64,000 nucleotides of DNA, from assembly GCF_000315625.1 (NCBI RefSeq), contig NW_005434623.1, positions 146,535 to 210,534 of the forward strand, written 5' to 3'. Positions within the stretch are counted from its first letter, which is position 1. Each line of letters begins with the position of its first letter. The stretch is from Guillardia theta CCMP2712 (lineage: Eukaryota; Protista; Cryptophyta). Shown here piece by piece: positions 1 through 12,017 of this stretch. The translations under genes were made by a program, and so were the position numbers. The notes under the pieces are model-generated. The model ran no database searches, had not been told where the DNA came from, and saw nothing but the letters and a program-made list of their open reading frames with translations.

Positions 1-632
1 AGGACGGGAGATCGTAGCAGAGTACGGGATGAACGGGAAATAGTCCAACCTGCCCTTCCTCCCGACCCTCGAAGGGGAAGGGGAGCCGACGTTGTTCTCC
101 TCTGGCATGGAGGATCGAAGGCTGTCGGCCAACTCGCGGAGCTTCTGGAGGGACAGAGGAACGACCTGAGACGCGAGCAGAGATGAGAAGATGGAGAAAG
201 GGGAGGAGGGAGAGGGAGGGGGGGAGAGGGGAGGAGGGAGGAGGGGAGGGAGGGAGGAGGGGAGGAGGGGANNNNNNNNNNNNNNNNNNNNNNNNNNNNN
301 NNNNNNNNNNNNNNNNNNNNNNNNNNNNNNNNNNNNNNNNNNNNNNNNNNNNNNNNNNNNNNNNNNNNNNNGGGGGGGGGATAGGGGAGGGAGCGGACTA
401 CACTCAACGATGGGGTGCAGAAGGGCGGGAGAATGAAATGGGAAAAGAAAAAGAGGAGCGAAGGTGGAAAGTAGACCAACGAGTGGAGAGGACAGAGAGG
501 TTCAGGGAGAAGGAAGGAGGGAGGGGGAGGGCAGCAGGAAGTAGGAAGGAGCGGTAAGACCTCCTGGATCCCGTCGTCAGCATTCATCACTTTCCCGCTG
601 GGGTTTGAACCCTTTGTGCCAGGACGAGACAT
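1..632 (-). CDS. hypothetical protein, 5' part (runs off the window start)
   Basis: ATG at 632. Exon 632-561 (MSRPGTKGSNPSGKVMNADDGIQE), GT..CAG intron 560-166 spanning an N gap, then in-frame exon 165-1 (VVPLSLQKLRELADSLRSSMPEENNVG...). Confidence 0.55.
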   Translation of the reverse strand, partial: MSRPGTKGSNPSGKVMNADDGIQEVLPLLPTSCCPPPPSFLLPEPLCPLHSLVYFPPSLLFFFSHFILPPFCTPSLSVVRSLPYPPPXXXXXXXXXXXXXXXXXXXXXXXXXXXXXXXXXXPSSPPPSLPSSLLPSPPLPLPPPLSPSSHLCSRLRSFLCPSRSSASWPTAFDPPCQRRTTSAPLPLRGSGGRAGWTISRSSRTLLRSPV

Positions 633-1380
633 GCTGCTAAGTTCGCTAGTTCCTGCTCTTCAAACTAGTTCCCGACTATCTCACTCACGGGGAAAGCATC
701 GCCAAGACATCTGTCAATTATGCAGTTAACCAATTGAAACTAAGGTCATGAAAGCACAAAGATCATCGAGCAGTAATCATGACAACAACAAAGATTCGAA
801 GTATTCCAATGAGGATTCAGACTTCCCTTGTCTGTATACTGCATCGATGTACGACTGACCTTTGTCAGATCGTCACAACCTGACCCCGTGATAACCTCCC
901 ACCCGCTATCATTTGCATCTTGACCTCAGATTCTTTCGTGTACCTTCTCCCTGCTTCTGCAATCGCCGCATACTCCTCTGATCCTGCTGATGTACCTCCT
1001 TTGACCTAATTCTGTTCATATCGCATGTTGTTGATGCTTTCACTTGGCCGAAGCTTTCGGGCATACCATCTTCCAATCAACCGCATCGTCTTCTTCTTTC
1101 CATCTCGCTCTCCCTCCCCCTCCTCTTGCTCTTGCTCTTGCTCTTGCTCTTGCTCCTCCTCGTCCTCGTCCTCTTCCTCTTCTTCTTCCTCTTCCTCCTC
1201 CTCCTTATCGGCTGTTGTGCCGGCCAGATGTTCATGATTTTCATTCTTTCATGCTCATTTCGCGCTTTCCGGCCGTTGCCGTTACTAAGTTATTCAGCCG
1301 TTTCAAAGTCGTTTCAGCCATTCCCCGGTGCGGCCTTGACTAAAAGCCTCACCGGGCCCGGGCCGGCTCGGGCGACGGTT

Positions 1381-1411
1381 AGTACTGATCTTTAACTTAA
1401 CTTTGAGTAAA
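1381..1411 (-). repeat. conserved AT-rich dyad unit, copy (GATC subtype)
   Basis: AGTACTGATCTTTAACTTAACTTTGAGTAAA inside GC-rich island 1326-1500. Confidence 0.85.
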
Positions 1412-1810
1412 CTTTAGAAAGAGCAGCCCGGGTAGCTGAGTGACGGGCCGGGCCGGGCCCGGCAGTGACTCAGCAAACTGGTGGAGCATTTCAAGCCTGC
1501 CTCAGGGACAGAGACAGCAAAAGACGCACGGGGAGGCATAGGATGGGAGGCTAGAGGACAAGTGACGTGGGAGCCATGGCGGCAGCGAGGCAGGCAGAGG
1601 CGGGGGAGCGGAGGAGGAGGAGGAGAGGGAGGAGATGAGGGATGGAATGAAACTTGTTTGATGAGGAAGGAGAGCGGGTTGAGAGACGCTGAGCTCCATG
1701 GCGATGGCTGTTTGGCTGTGCTGGGCGAGGAGAGAGGGAAGAGAGGTCCAGCTGTAGTCGTGTGTGAGCGAGGGAGGAGGAGGAGAGGGGTTGATGGGGA
1801 GGTTTGCAGG

Positions 1811-4800
1811 ATGAAACTCCGTGTGCTCCTGCTGCTTTGCTTCCTGGTATCTGTCGTCCAGCCCTTCTACCTTCCCGGTTCCTCCCTGCTGAGCTGTCAT
1901 GCGCCGCTAACGAGGGGGCAGGGGTCAGCCCGAGGACGTTCAAGGATGGCGAGCAGGTGAACATCAAAGTGCAGACGCTCTTCTCGAGGCAAGTAGAGGA
2001 GCATGCAGGATGCTGCTGCTGCTGCTGTTGCTGCTTGATCTCCTCCTCCTCCTCCTCCTCCTCCTCCTCCTCCTCCTCCTCCTCCTCCTCCTCCTCCTCC
2101 TCCTCCTCCTCCTCCTCCTCCTCGCCCTCTTCCTCGATTCTGCTGCTGCTGCTGCGCTCTTGGTTGCTCCGAGCCGAGTGAGATGGATCGCAGCGAGAGT
2201 CAGTTGCAATTCGACTACTACCAACTCCCCTTCTGCAAGCCCAAGAAGGTGTGGATAGAGCCCTTTGTGTCGCTGATGTTGATGTTGCCCTCCTTGTTGA
2301 GGGTTTTCCTATTGACATGTCTTGTCGCCTTCCTCCTGACTTTCCACATGATTTTCAAACTTAACTCTTCTCACTCCCCTTCTTACTCTCCTCCTTACTC
2401 CTCTTCTTACTCCTCTTCTTACCTCCCTTCTTCACTCACTTTCCAACGCCTCTGTTCGCTCCCCGTCTGACTGATACTGCCAAGATCGTGGATCTGCCTG
2501 AGAATCTCGGAGAGGCTGTGGCAGGAGAGAAAGCACACAACTCGATGTTCAAGGTCCCCCCTCTTGACCTGTTCGCTCCTAAACCAGTTGCACCAGGCTA
2601 AGATGAAGGTGAACGAATACTGCAGAACAGCATGCAGGTGAACTATGGGGGAGTGAGAGGATGGGGAAGTGAGAGGATGGGGAAGAGAGTGTGGCGGCAA
2701 AGGAGAGAGAGGGAAGGAGGGAGGATGGGAGGAGGGAGGGAGAGGGAGGGAAGAAGGCCGGCGCGAGAGGAAGATGAAGAGAGAGTGTGCAAGCATTCTG
2801 CGCGGATTGATAGTTCGCGCTCGCAGGAAGGAATATACTCCCGCACAGATGGAGGAATTTCAGGTGAGAGTGTCAGGTTGTGCTAGACAGAATGACGGTG
2901 GTTCCAAGGATTTCTCCATCCTCGATTACCGTGTGAACATGCGGCTGGACAACTTGCCTGTAGCAGAGATTGCCAAGTTCTACTATGAGGTGACGAGAGA
3001 AGGGAGAGGGGGGAAGAGAGAGGAGGGAGCAGGAGACTAAGTGGGACAGTGGGGCGGAGGGAGGGGGAGGAGGAGGAGGAGGAGGAGGTTGACGCGGGCC
3101 TAGGATCGTCCTGAAGAGACTCTCGAGACGTACAACCTTGGTGAGTTTGTTCTCAACCTCAAACTTCTCGATGTCCGCGAATGGATCTAGATGATGAAAC
3201 CCATGGTTGCAATCTGACGTGTTTGTGCGTGTTGGCTGTTGCCTGGTTGTTGTTGGTGCTTCTTACACAAGTATGACATCTTGTCACGTATGAAGGATAC
3301 CCTGTTGGCTCCAAGTTGCATGAAGAAGTTCACACCGACGAGGCCGTCACAGAGCACTATGGTCAGTTACAGTCACGTTTTGTGTGTTCCCTATCTTCGT
3401 CTCCTCCTGCTCTCCTTCTCCTTCTATCCCTTCCCTTCCCTTCCATTCCATTCCATTCAGTTCCCCTCCCCTCCCCTCCCCTCCCCTCCCCTCCCCTCCC
3501 TTTTGCTACTTTTCTTTCCCTCTTTTCCCTCCCTCTCTTCCTTCACTCCCTCTTGTCGCTCCCTCCCTCCCTCACTCACTCACTCACTCACTCCATCTTC
3601 CTCCTCCCTTCCTCCTCTCCTCCTGCCGACTCTCACGCTCAAACAGTGCTGAACAACCATCTGCGCTTCAAGATCCTGTACCACTCCATCTCCAAGGAGA
3701 AAGGCTTCAACAAGGCTGCACTTGACTCCAAGGGCGTCAGCGTCGACGACAACCTCATCGTCGGGTTCCACGTCCACCCTTACTCCATCTCGCACACCTA
3801 CCAGGGAGACTGGAAGGAGTCTTGCGCCCCCAACTGCCCCCTCACCACCTGCCTTGGCGAGGGGATGTTTGCAGAGCACGCGCCGCAGAAGATCGAGCCC
3901 TCCAAAGGTCCGGGGGAGGGGGGGGAGAAGGGGAGGGGGGGGGTAGAAGAGGGAAAGAGAGTTGGGCGGGGAAGGGAAAGAGAGAAGGCGAAGCGGAATA
4001 ATGGGTAAAGGAGGGAGGAGGAGGAGGCGGAGGAGGAGGAGGAGGAGGAAGAGGAGGAGGAGAAGAAGGAGGGCGCAAAATGAAATGTTTGCAGGTGGAT
4101 CGGTGATCTGGACTTATGACATCGTGTGGGAAGAGAGTGAGGTAATGTTGAGCAAGAGCATGGAGGAAGAGGAAGGGATGTGCAGACGAGGAGAGGACAT
4201 GGGAGAGAGGGGGCGGAGAGGAGGAGGAGAGAGGATAGGGAAAGCAGAGCAGAGGAGGGGAGAGCAAAAGGGAGGAGGAGAAGAGCTGAATCGCTGTGTC
4301 CTTCAGGTCATGTGGGCCTCTCGTTGGGACGTGTATCTCCGCATGACCGACGATCGCATCCACTGGTGGGCAAGGTGTTCCTCCTGCAGCAGCAGCTGAC
4401 CTGACCCATCAGGTTCTCCATCATCAACTCGTTTGTTATCCTCCTCTTCCTCGCCGGCATCGTCGGGATGATCTTCTCGCGCGTGCTGAGGAATGACCTG
4501 AGCAGATACAACGATGAGCTTGAGGTTGCGACCCTCGCCCTCCCTACCTACCTACCTACCCTTCCTTCCACTCTCTTATCCTACTACCCTCCCTTCCACT
4601 CGCCTATCCTACTACCCTTCCTTCCACTCGCCTATCCTACTACCCTCCCTTCCACTCGCCTATCCTACTACCCTCCCTTCCACTCTCCTATCCTACTACC
4701 CTCCCTCCCTCTTTCCTGCCCCCCATCCCCTTCCACTCTCCTACTACCCTCCCTCCCTCCCTCCCCCTCTCCCTCCCTCTCCCCATCTCCCACACTCCTA

Positions 4801-6792
4801 CTACCTTCCCTGCTTCTCTCCATCTCTCTCCCTCCTCCCTCCTACTACTCTCCCTCCTCCGCTCCTCTCTGCCCGCCCACCTCTTTCCTCTTCACTTCTT
4901 CTTGACTCTCCTATCACCTATCCATACTGTCTTGCTTTCCTTTTACTTCTTCCTATCCCTCCTACGTCCTCCCTTTCCTCCTGTCACTGTTCTCCCTTCC
5001 TTCCGTACCTTCCCTTCTTTCTCGCTCCCTCTCTCTCCATCCTCCCTCTCTCGCCCCCCCCCGTTTTCCTCTCCTACTCCCGTCTAGATCTTCTTCCTGT
5101 TCCTCCTCTCTTTGATCTTTCTGTCAGGGAACGGACAGCACAGCCCTGCGTGAAGAGAGTGGATGGAAGCTTCTGCATGGCGATATCTTCCGTGCTCCCC
5201 CCAACTCAACCCTCCTCTCTGTCTACGTTGCTACAGGAGTCCAGGTGATCAACTGCTGCTCCTCCCCCTCCTCCTTCCCATTTCCCGCTTGATTCGCCAT
5301 CGCCGGCATCCTTCTCCTCCTCCTCCTCCTCCTCGTTGCTCTCTTCTTGAGTCATCACCAACTTTACTAACGTGTCCTCTGTCCTTCACTTTTCCTCCCT
5401 CTATCCCTCCGACTGCTTCTCCTCCCCCTCCCTTGCCGCTCCCTCCTTAATCCCTTCTTCCCTCCTTCCTTTCCTCCTCCTCCTCTTCTCTTTCCCACAG
5501 CTTCTCATCATGGCCTTCATCACTCTCGTCCTGGCTGCACTTGGCTTTCTCTCCCCGGCTCACAGGTATGCCAACTGCCATCCTCCTCCTCCGCTTTCTC
5601 CTCCTCCTCCTCCCTCTCCTCCTCCTCCCTCCTCCTCCTCCTCCTCTTTCTTCCTAACCCCACCCTCTCACCTTTCCTCCTCCTCCTCCTCTTCAACCTC
5701 GTCTTCCTTCCTTTCCCCTCTACTCCTTTTCAAGCGCCGCCTCCTCCTCCTCCTCCTCCTATCGACAAATCCACAATGCACTATGATCTCCGACCGCAAA
5801 ACAATACCGAGAGAGTGACTTGCAACTCTCACTTTCACATCCCTCTCTCTGGGTTATGAGGATTCATCTAAGGAATCAAGGTTGGTGGTAGGAGATCCGT
5901 GCGAGACTACGTGTCCTACAATGTCGAGAGAGGTCGATGGGTCTCTCCAAGTGTTTCCCTCCTTCCATACCCTTNNNNNNNNNNNNNNNNNNNNNNNNNN
6001 NNNNNNNNNNNNNNNNNNNNNNNNNNNNNNNNNNNNNNNNNNNNNNNNNNNNNNNNNNNNNNNNNNNNNNNNNNNNNNNNNNNNNNNNNNNNNNNNNNNN
6101 NNNNNNNNNNNNNNNNNNNNNNNNNNNNNNNNNNNNNNNNNNNNNNNNNNNNNNNNNNNNNNNNNNNNNNNNNNNNNNNNNNNNNNNNNNNNNNNNNNNN
6201 NNNNNNNNNNNNNNNNNNNNNNNNNNNNNNNNNNNNNNNNNNNNNNNNNNNNNNNNNNNNNNNNNNNNNNNNNNNNNNNNNNNNNNNNNNNNNNNNNNNN
6301 NNNNNNNNNNNNNNNNNNNNNNNNNNNNNNNNNNNNNNNNNNNNNNNNNNNNNNNNNNNNNNNNNNNNNNNNNNNNNNNNNNNNNNNNNNNNNNNNNNNN
6401 NNNNNNNNNNNNNNNNNNNNNNNNNNNNNNNNNNNNNNNNNNNNNNNNNNNNNNNNNNNNNNNNNNNNNNNTCCTCTCCGCCTCTCCTCTCCGCCTCTCC
6501 TCTCCTCCTCTCCTCTCCTCCTCTCCTCGTCCTCCTCCTTCCTCCCTTTTCGCCTCCTTCCTCCTCTCCTCCCCTCTCCCCCTGAGTCCTCTCCTCCTCC
6601 TCTCCTCCTCCTGAGTGAGCAGCTCTCCGTCGGTCCTCATCTCACTCGCTACCCTGGTTGACCACGTTCTCGCCCTCGACTTCTCCTCTCCCTCACTCGC
6701 TCCCCCCGTCCCGATGACGGTCCTGGAAGGTTGGGTTCCTCTCCTGCTTCTTCTTCATCGTCAAGATCTACTCATCCGTCAAGATCGACTAG
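1811..6792 (+). CDS. TM9SF: transmembrane 9 superfamily (EMP70/nonaspanin) protein, multi-exon, middle exons missing at gap
   Basis: Spliced exons give MKLRVLLLLCFLVSVVQPFYLPG-VSPRTF, FDYYQLPFCKP, ENLGEAVAGE, LDNLPV, LNNHLRFKILYH, IVGFHVHPYS, WTYDIVWEESEVMWASRWDVYL, IHWFSIINS, RVLRNDLSRYN, EESGWKLLHGDIFR, LGFLSPAHR. Last exon 6730-6792 is VGFLSCFFFIVKIYSSVKID* (C-terminal KxD/E motif). Confidence 0.93.
4568..4707 (+). repeat. intronic 28-bp minisatellite (CCACTCGCCTATCCTACTACCCTCCCTT) x5
   Basis: Units start at 4568, 4596, 4624, 4652 and 4680, inside a TM9SF intron. Confidence 0.85.
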
Positions 6793-6849
6793 ACGCGCTG
6801 CGAGATTGACAAGCAGTCGTCACGCCCTCCCGTTCAAGTCATCTCTACC

Positions 6850-7960
6850 GTAAGTTGGGCTGCTGGACTCGCGGCTCTCAGTCTGGGCCTGTCAGTTGCC
6901 CAGACTTACAGTGTACGAGTCCGATAGTCTGAGCCACCGTTGGGGCACAGTCGGATGCGGCTGGGGGACCGGGCCCCGGTCCGATCTGACGGTCGGCCGC
7001 GCGGCGCATACACCCGGCGGCTCCGTCACGGCCGGCTCAGCCGGGGCCAGGCTGGTGACGGTCCAATCGCCGGGGGAACTTGAACAATGCCGACTCAGTG
7101 ACTAGACTTGGTTCGGCAGTACGCCGGGTAATTTGACGGTTCAGTAGTCACTATATAGGATAAAGTACTACTCACACGGTCGTGACTAGTGGTCGCATGG
7201 GCCAGCCGAACCAAGACGACCCTTACGCGTTTCAAGCCTCGGCGGCAATGTAGTACACTGTGATCAAGCCTGAAGGCAAGAGACCTTCCTAGCCGTCTTG
7301 CTCAGTAAGGTCTGGCGAGGCCCCGGGGCCCGGAGCCTGGGGTCCGACACGGTGAGCCTGCCACTGACTCCCGAGTCCGGGCAGCGGCCCGGTGGCCCGC
7401 CCGTGACCGCAAGTTCCCAGGAGGCGGACTCCAACTCAGTTGTGACTCCGGCGGCGCCGATCCGGGCCTCCCGAGTCCCGTGACTGGCCGCGGCGGCTTC
7501 TGACGTAGGCTCGGACCGTGACTCAGTGAGCCGGACGACGCCGTGATCGCCGCGGCCGGGGCCCGGCCCGTCACTGGCACACTGTCACAGTGTTGTACCG
7601 TGGGGACTCAGTGGCAGGCCGGCCCGGAAACCGATCCGGGCGCCCCGCGGCCCGGCCCCGGCGGTCGCCCGGGGATGAAACCTGAATATAGTCCGATGAG
7701 TCAGCCCGACCTGGGGCCCGCGGCCCTCCGGAGACCACGTACTCCAGAGGGCCGCCGGGCCGAGACTCTCAGAGGTTCCGAGGGGCCCGATCTTTACTCA
7801 AGTTACTAAGTTAAGTTAAAAATCAGTACGAGGTACGAGGGGCCCGGGGTCGGACTCAAGTTGCCAGTCACAGAGTCCCGGCACGGTCACCGGGTCACGG
7901 TTAGGACCCTGCCAAGGCCCGGCCGAAGCTTTACTCAAAGTTAACTTAAAAATCAGGTTA
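6850..7960. other. GC-rich palindromic-word intergenic island with two copies of the AT-rich dyad unit (7791-7832, 7929-7956)
   Basis: Dense GGCCCGG/CCGGGCC/TGACTC/ACGGT words; TCTTTACTCA[agttact]AAGTTAAGTTAAAAATCAGTACGAG and CTTTACTCAAAGTTAACTTAAAAATCAG. Confidence 0.75.
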
Positions 7961-9278
7961 GTACTTGAAGCTGTGACGTTGGGTGACCGACCTTGAGGTC
8001 ATGAGCCTTGTCACGGTCATACCACCCCTACCAACCACCAAAAGATCAGGGTAGTAGGGGGCCGTTGGCACTTGCTTGCAACGACTGGCCACCCCCACCC
8101 CAGTCTTCTCCCTTTCAAGTACCCCACCTGAGACAGTATATCCATTCTTGGAGGTGCCGCAGTGCATCTGATCTTGTGAGCCGCTGTCTCCGTTGAGCCA
8201 CCCCTACCCCCTCCCACAACTAGAATGGTCCCTTTAGCCACCCCTACCAACCCCTATCACGGGGGTCAACTTTTAGTAAACTGAGTCATCAACAGTACCC
8301 TTCCCTTCTCCTGTTGCAGAAGGGGTCCTCGACCCTTCCATGACCTCGTCGCTGACGATCAGCAAGTATAGCTACACTTCCTAGTACTCCCCAGGTCCTT
8401 GAAAGGTCTTATGACTTATATTGCTTGCTAGGTCCTTTGACCGAACTATCTGTAGGCGCCTAGGGGTTACTATGGTTCATTTTTTGGTCCGTGGTCCTAG
8501 CAATGCTAAGAGAAGAAAAGGTGTTTTGTCCTATGTCCCTAGGTCCTCTCTCAGTACTGCTGTGTGAAAATAGTTTTTAGATTTGAATTTCCAGGGGCCT
8601 ATGATCATCGATGACGCTCACCCTCTTTTGTCATCGATCATACCAGGGGGTGGGGTATTGAGAGGAATCTTAAGGGGTAGGGGTACAAATTGTACCTAGC
8701 AGGGAATAAAAAGCCTTGGTGCTATGATGGGGTGGGGTGCATCAAGATTTGAAAGGGGTGGGTCGTCACCCTCAGACATGAGTGTAGGTTTGGTACGTGG
8801 CCTTCAGGGGTAGTCATTCCTACGAACTCAAGAATGGCCGGACTGCGGTAAAGTTGTGTCACTACCGGTACTTGAACTGGGTATCGGGGGGTGGTCTTGT
8901 GGGCGGGACTATCTATTTCCTTCTGCGCAATCTTTCCGGTCAAGCATATTTGTTTTCAGAATCTGCGTTTAATTTTCAAATATGCTCTATGTTTTTTTTG
9001 AATATTTCAAAGATGGCCCATAAGAGAGCGAAAAACTTTTGTAGCTGCTTCACCGAAACATTTGAAACAACCCCCTGGACAAAACAGATGATAGATCATG
9101 TATTGAAAATGGATACGACCACCAGCAAGCAAGATGTGCTACGAAGAATGGGGTAGGGGTAGTATTGATATGGTGAAGGTAGGGTGGTGTTATGGAGCAT
9201 CCTGGGGTAGGGTGCTGGGGTTGCAAACTCTGTCCATAAAGCTTGTGGGGACGGGAGCGTAGAGCAGAGCAAAGCGAA

Positions 9279-11329
9279 ATGTCCACGGAGCAATCAGCGT
9301 ACGCTGAGGTGGCGTATAGCATTCCGACAAATGCTGAAGGCGATTCTAAAAACCAACCACAAGAATTTGTCGTTCGAGACAAAGTTCAACAGCGAACAGC
9401 GTAAGTCTCCTCTTGATCGCGATTCCCCTGCAATTCTCTATCCACAAATCACCTTTTGCTCCCAAACAGTGAGCAGTTGCTTTACCAAAAAATGCTGACA
9501 CCAGACATTACAGGATATCTTCTGCATCAGGAGCGAACTCATTTGCATATCAATCTATTAGGGTCAAACCAGCGACCATCGCATGGAAAGATCTCACCTA
9601 CGACGTCAAGCTCACCCGCTCAAACCCTCAGACCGGAAAGAAAGAAACTATAGACAAGCGCATCCTCGACGGCCTCTCCGGCATCGTCCGGCCCGGGGAG
9701 ATGCTCGCCATCTGCGGGCCCTCGGGAGGCGGCAAGACCACCCTGCTCGACGCCATCGCCGGGAGGATCGACCCCCACCGCAAGGGCAGGAAGTTCACCG
9801 GCGACGTGCTGGTGAACGGGAAGCCCAGAGACGAGACGTTCAGCATGGTGGCGTCGTACGTGCAGCAGGAGCATGCGCTGCAGACGCCCTTCACGGTCAG
9901 AGAGACGATGCGATACGCGGCCGACCTTCTCATCCCGCACGCGGAGAGCACGCAGGCAGAGAGGAGAGCAAGAGCAGACAATGTGACGCATGTGCTGGGG
10001 CTGGACTCATGCAGCAACACCATCGTAGGAGACGTGTTCCGCAAGGGGCTGAGCGGAGGGCAGCTCCGCCGCCTGTCGATTGCGGTGGAGCTGGTGCGGA
10101 ACCCCTCCATCCTCCTGCTGGACGAGCCGACGTCAGGCCTCGACTCGGCGGCGGCAGAGAACATCATGAAACACTTGTCGCACCTGGCCAAGACTGGCAC
10201 CACCATTATTTGCACTATCCACCAGCCTCCGTCAGAGGTGTGGGCGAACTTCGACAAGTTCCTCCTGCTGTCTAGGGGCAAGTGCCTCTACTTCGGGGCG
10301 GCAAACAACGCGGTGGACTACTTCGAGAGGATGGAGTATCCGTGCCCGGGGCAGTCGAACCCGGCAGACTTCTTCCTGAGGCTGGCCAACACGGACTTCG
10401 AGGGTCACGCGGACATCGAGGCGCTTGCAAAAGGCTTCAAAACTCAGCCTGAAGGCATGGCTTTGTCCTCTGCGCTTAGCAAGCCGATCGATCATGACGT
10501 TCATATCAGCAAGCACAGGAATGGCTTCATGACGCAGCTCCTGATCTTGTCTCATCGCGCCTTCTTCAACAACGCGCGTAACCCGGGTATCTTCCTCGTC
10601 CGACTCATCATGTACATTCTTCTTTGCCTCATGATCGGTTTCATGTTCTGGGACCTCGGCACAGGCCCCACGGACATCAACAGCCGTGTCAGCTTGCTCT
10701 TCTTTGTCGCGGCTTTCCTGGTGTTCATGTCGGTGGCGGTGCTGCCCTTCTTCATCGTGGAGCGAGCTGTGTTCCTACGCGAGCGAGCCAACGGCTGGTA
10801 CATGGTGCCGGCCTACGTGCTGGCTTCGTTCCTCATGTCGTTGCCGGGGTTGTTCATCATCGCATTGGTCAGCTCAATCCTTGTTGTGTTTCCTGCCGGT
10901 CTCAATAACTTCGGGGTGTTTCTGCTCGACCTCTTCCTATCTCTCGTCACCGCGGAGGCGTTCATGTGTGTCATAGCATCGGTGGTACCTCACTACATCA
11001 TCGGGATCGCGCTGGGAGCAGCGGTGTACGGCTTCTTCATGTTGTGCGAGGGCTTCATGAAGATCAAGGACGACATCCCAGATTGGTTCATCTGGGGGTA
11101 CTACATTGCGTTCCATTCATACTCTTTCAGAGCGTTCATGGTGAACGAGTTCGACTCTATTCCCACGTTTACGAGCCCTCAATTCCCAGACGGCAAGTCA
11201 GTGCTAGCCTTTTACAATATGAACGACAAGCCCGTATGGAAGGACCTGCTCGTAGTTGGATCGTATGCCATCGCCCTCCAGATCATATTCGGGACTATCC
11301 TGCAGGTGTTCCACAAGGGCAAGCGGTAA
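9279..11329 (+). CDS. ABCG: ABC transporter G family (white-like) half transporter, NBD-TMD, intact
   Basis: Exon 1 9279-9400 (MSTEQSAYAEVAYSIP...), intron from 9401 to 9504 or 9513, long exon 2. Walker A GPSGGGKTT, Q-loop YVQQE, signature LSGGQ, Walker B LLLDEPTSGLD, H-loop TIHQP, C-terminal ABC2 membrane domain. Confidence 0.95.
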
Positions 11330-12017
11330 ACAAAATTCTTCACTGATGTCTCTTATATCGATTTTCAAAGTTTTTCTCATGTTCCAATTGTGTGTTTCAA
11401 GTAAACGAGTTAATGTATGCAAGGCTGAATCCTCGTTTCAATGATTCTGGTTTTACCCCCCCCCCTATCGTGAGGACTGCGGTCGTCGCGACTTCAGTAT
11501 CTATGCATTTCTGTCATTGTGAATGTAAAGCATCTAGATGATGGGCAGATAATTTCAACGATGACAATTGCAGAACTGAATTGATTTTTCAATCCCATGG
11601 CAGATCTGAAGCCTGTCCGGCTCTACTTGTATATTGAGAAGAGCGATCAGCCATGCGCAGGAATGTATAAGAGGAGGTGTACATATCCACCTGGGCAGAA
11701 AATGTGGAGCAAATCAACAGCCCGTCCATCCAGGTGTGTGTGGGAAGAGCACAGGCAGGAGGCAGACTGAACAAGCTTTCTCTGTTCTCCATCAGAGCAC
11801 AGGTAAAGGATTATTGCGTGCAGAAAAGTCTTATAAGGCATACACATCTATTAGTAATAGTGTCACAAACTAAACTGTCAGTCAAGCAAGCGGCTGCTGA
11901 AGCTGCATGATCAAAATCGATTGAAATCTTACAAGGGGCCAACCAGCGGCTGCGACAAACTTTGCTGTTTCACTTGTCCGAAAGGGAGCAGCACAACCTA
12001 CAAGACTCTCCCCCCGC

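Noticed and set aside
1025-5818. Poly-S/L/P/E/R ORFs in the ORF track (also around 29.8-30.6, 36.1-36.7, 55.7-56.8 and 62.7-63.3 kb)
   Set aside because: These are translations of (GGA/TCC)n and related intronic microsatellites.
5876-6661. Long X-filled ORFs (also 183-557 and 35343-35727)
   Set aside because: They span assembly gaps (272-371, 5975-6471, 35556-35655).
6896-7809. Short Pro/Gly/Arg-rich ORFs in GC islands (also 16.5-17.0, 25.8-26.1, 45.2-45.7 and 49.8-50.2 kb)
   Set aside because: GC-rich, stop-poor DNA gives overlapping ORFs in several frames with no recognisable domain.
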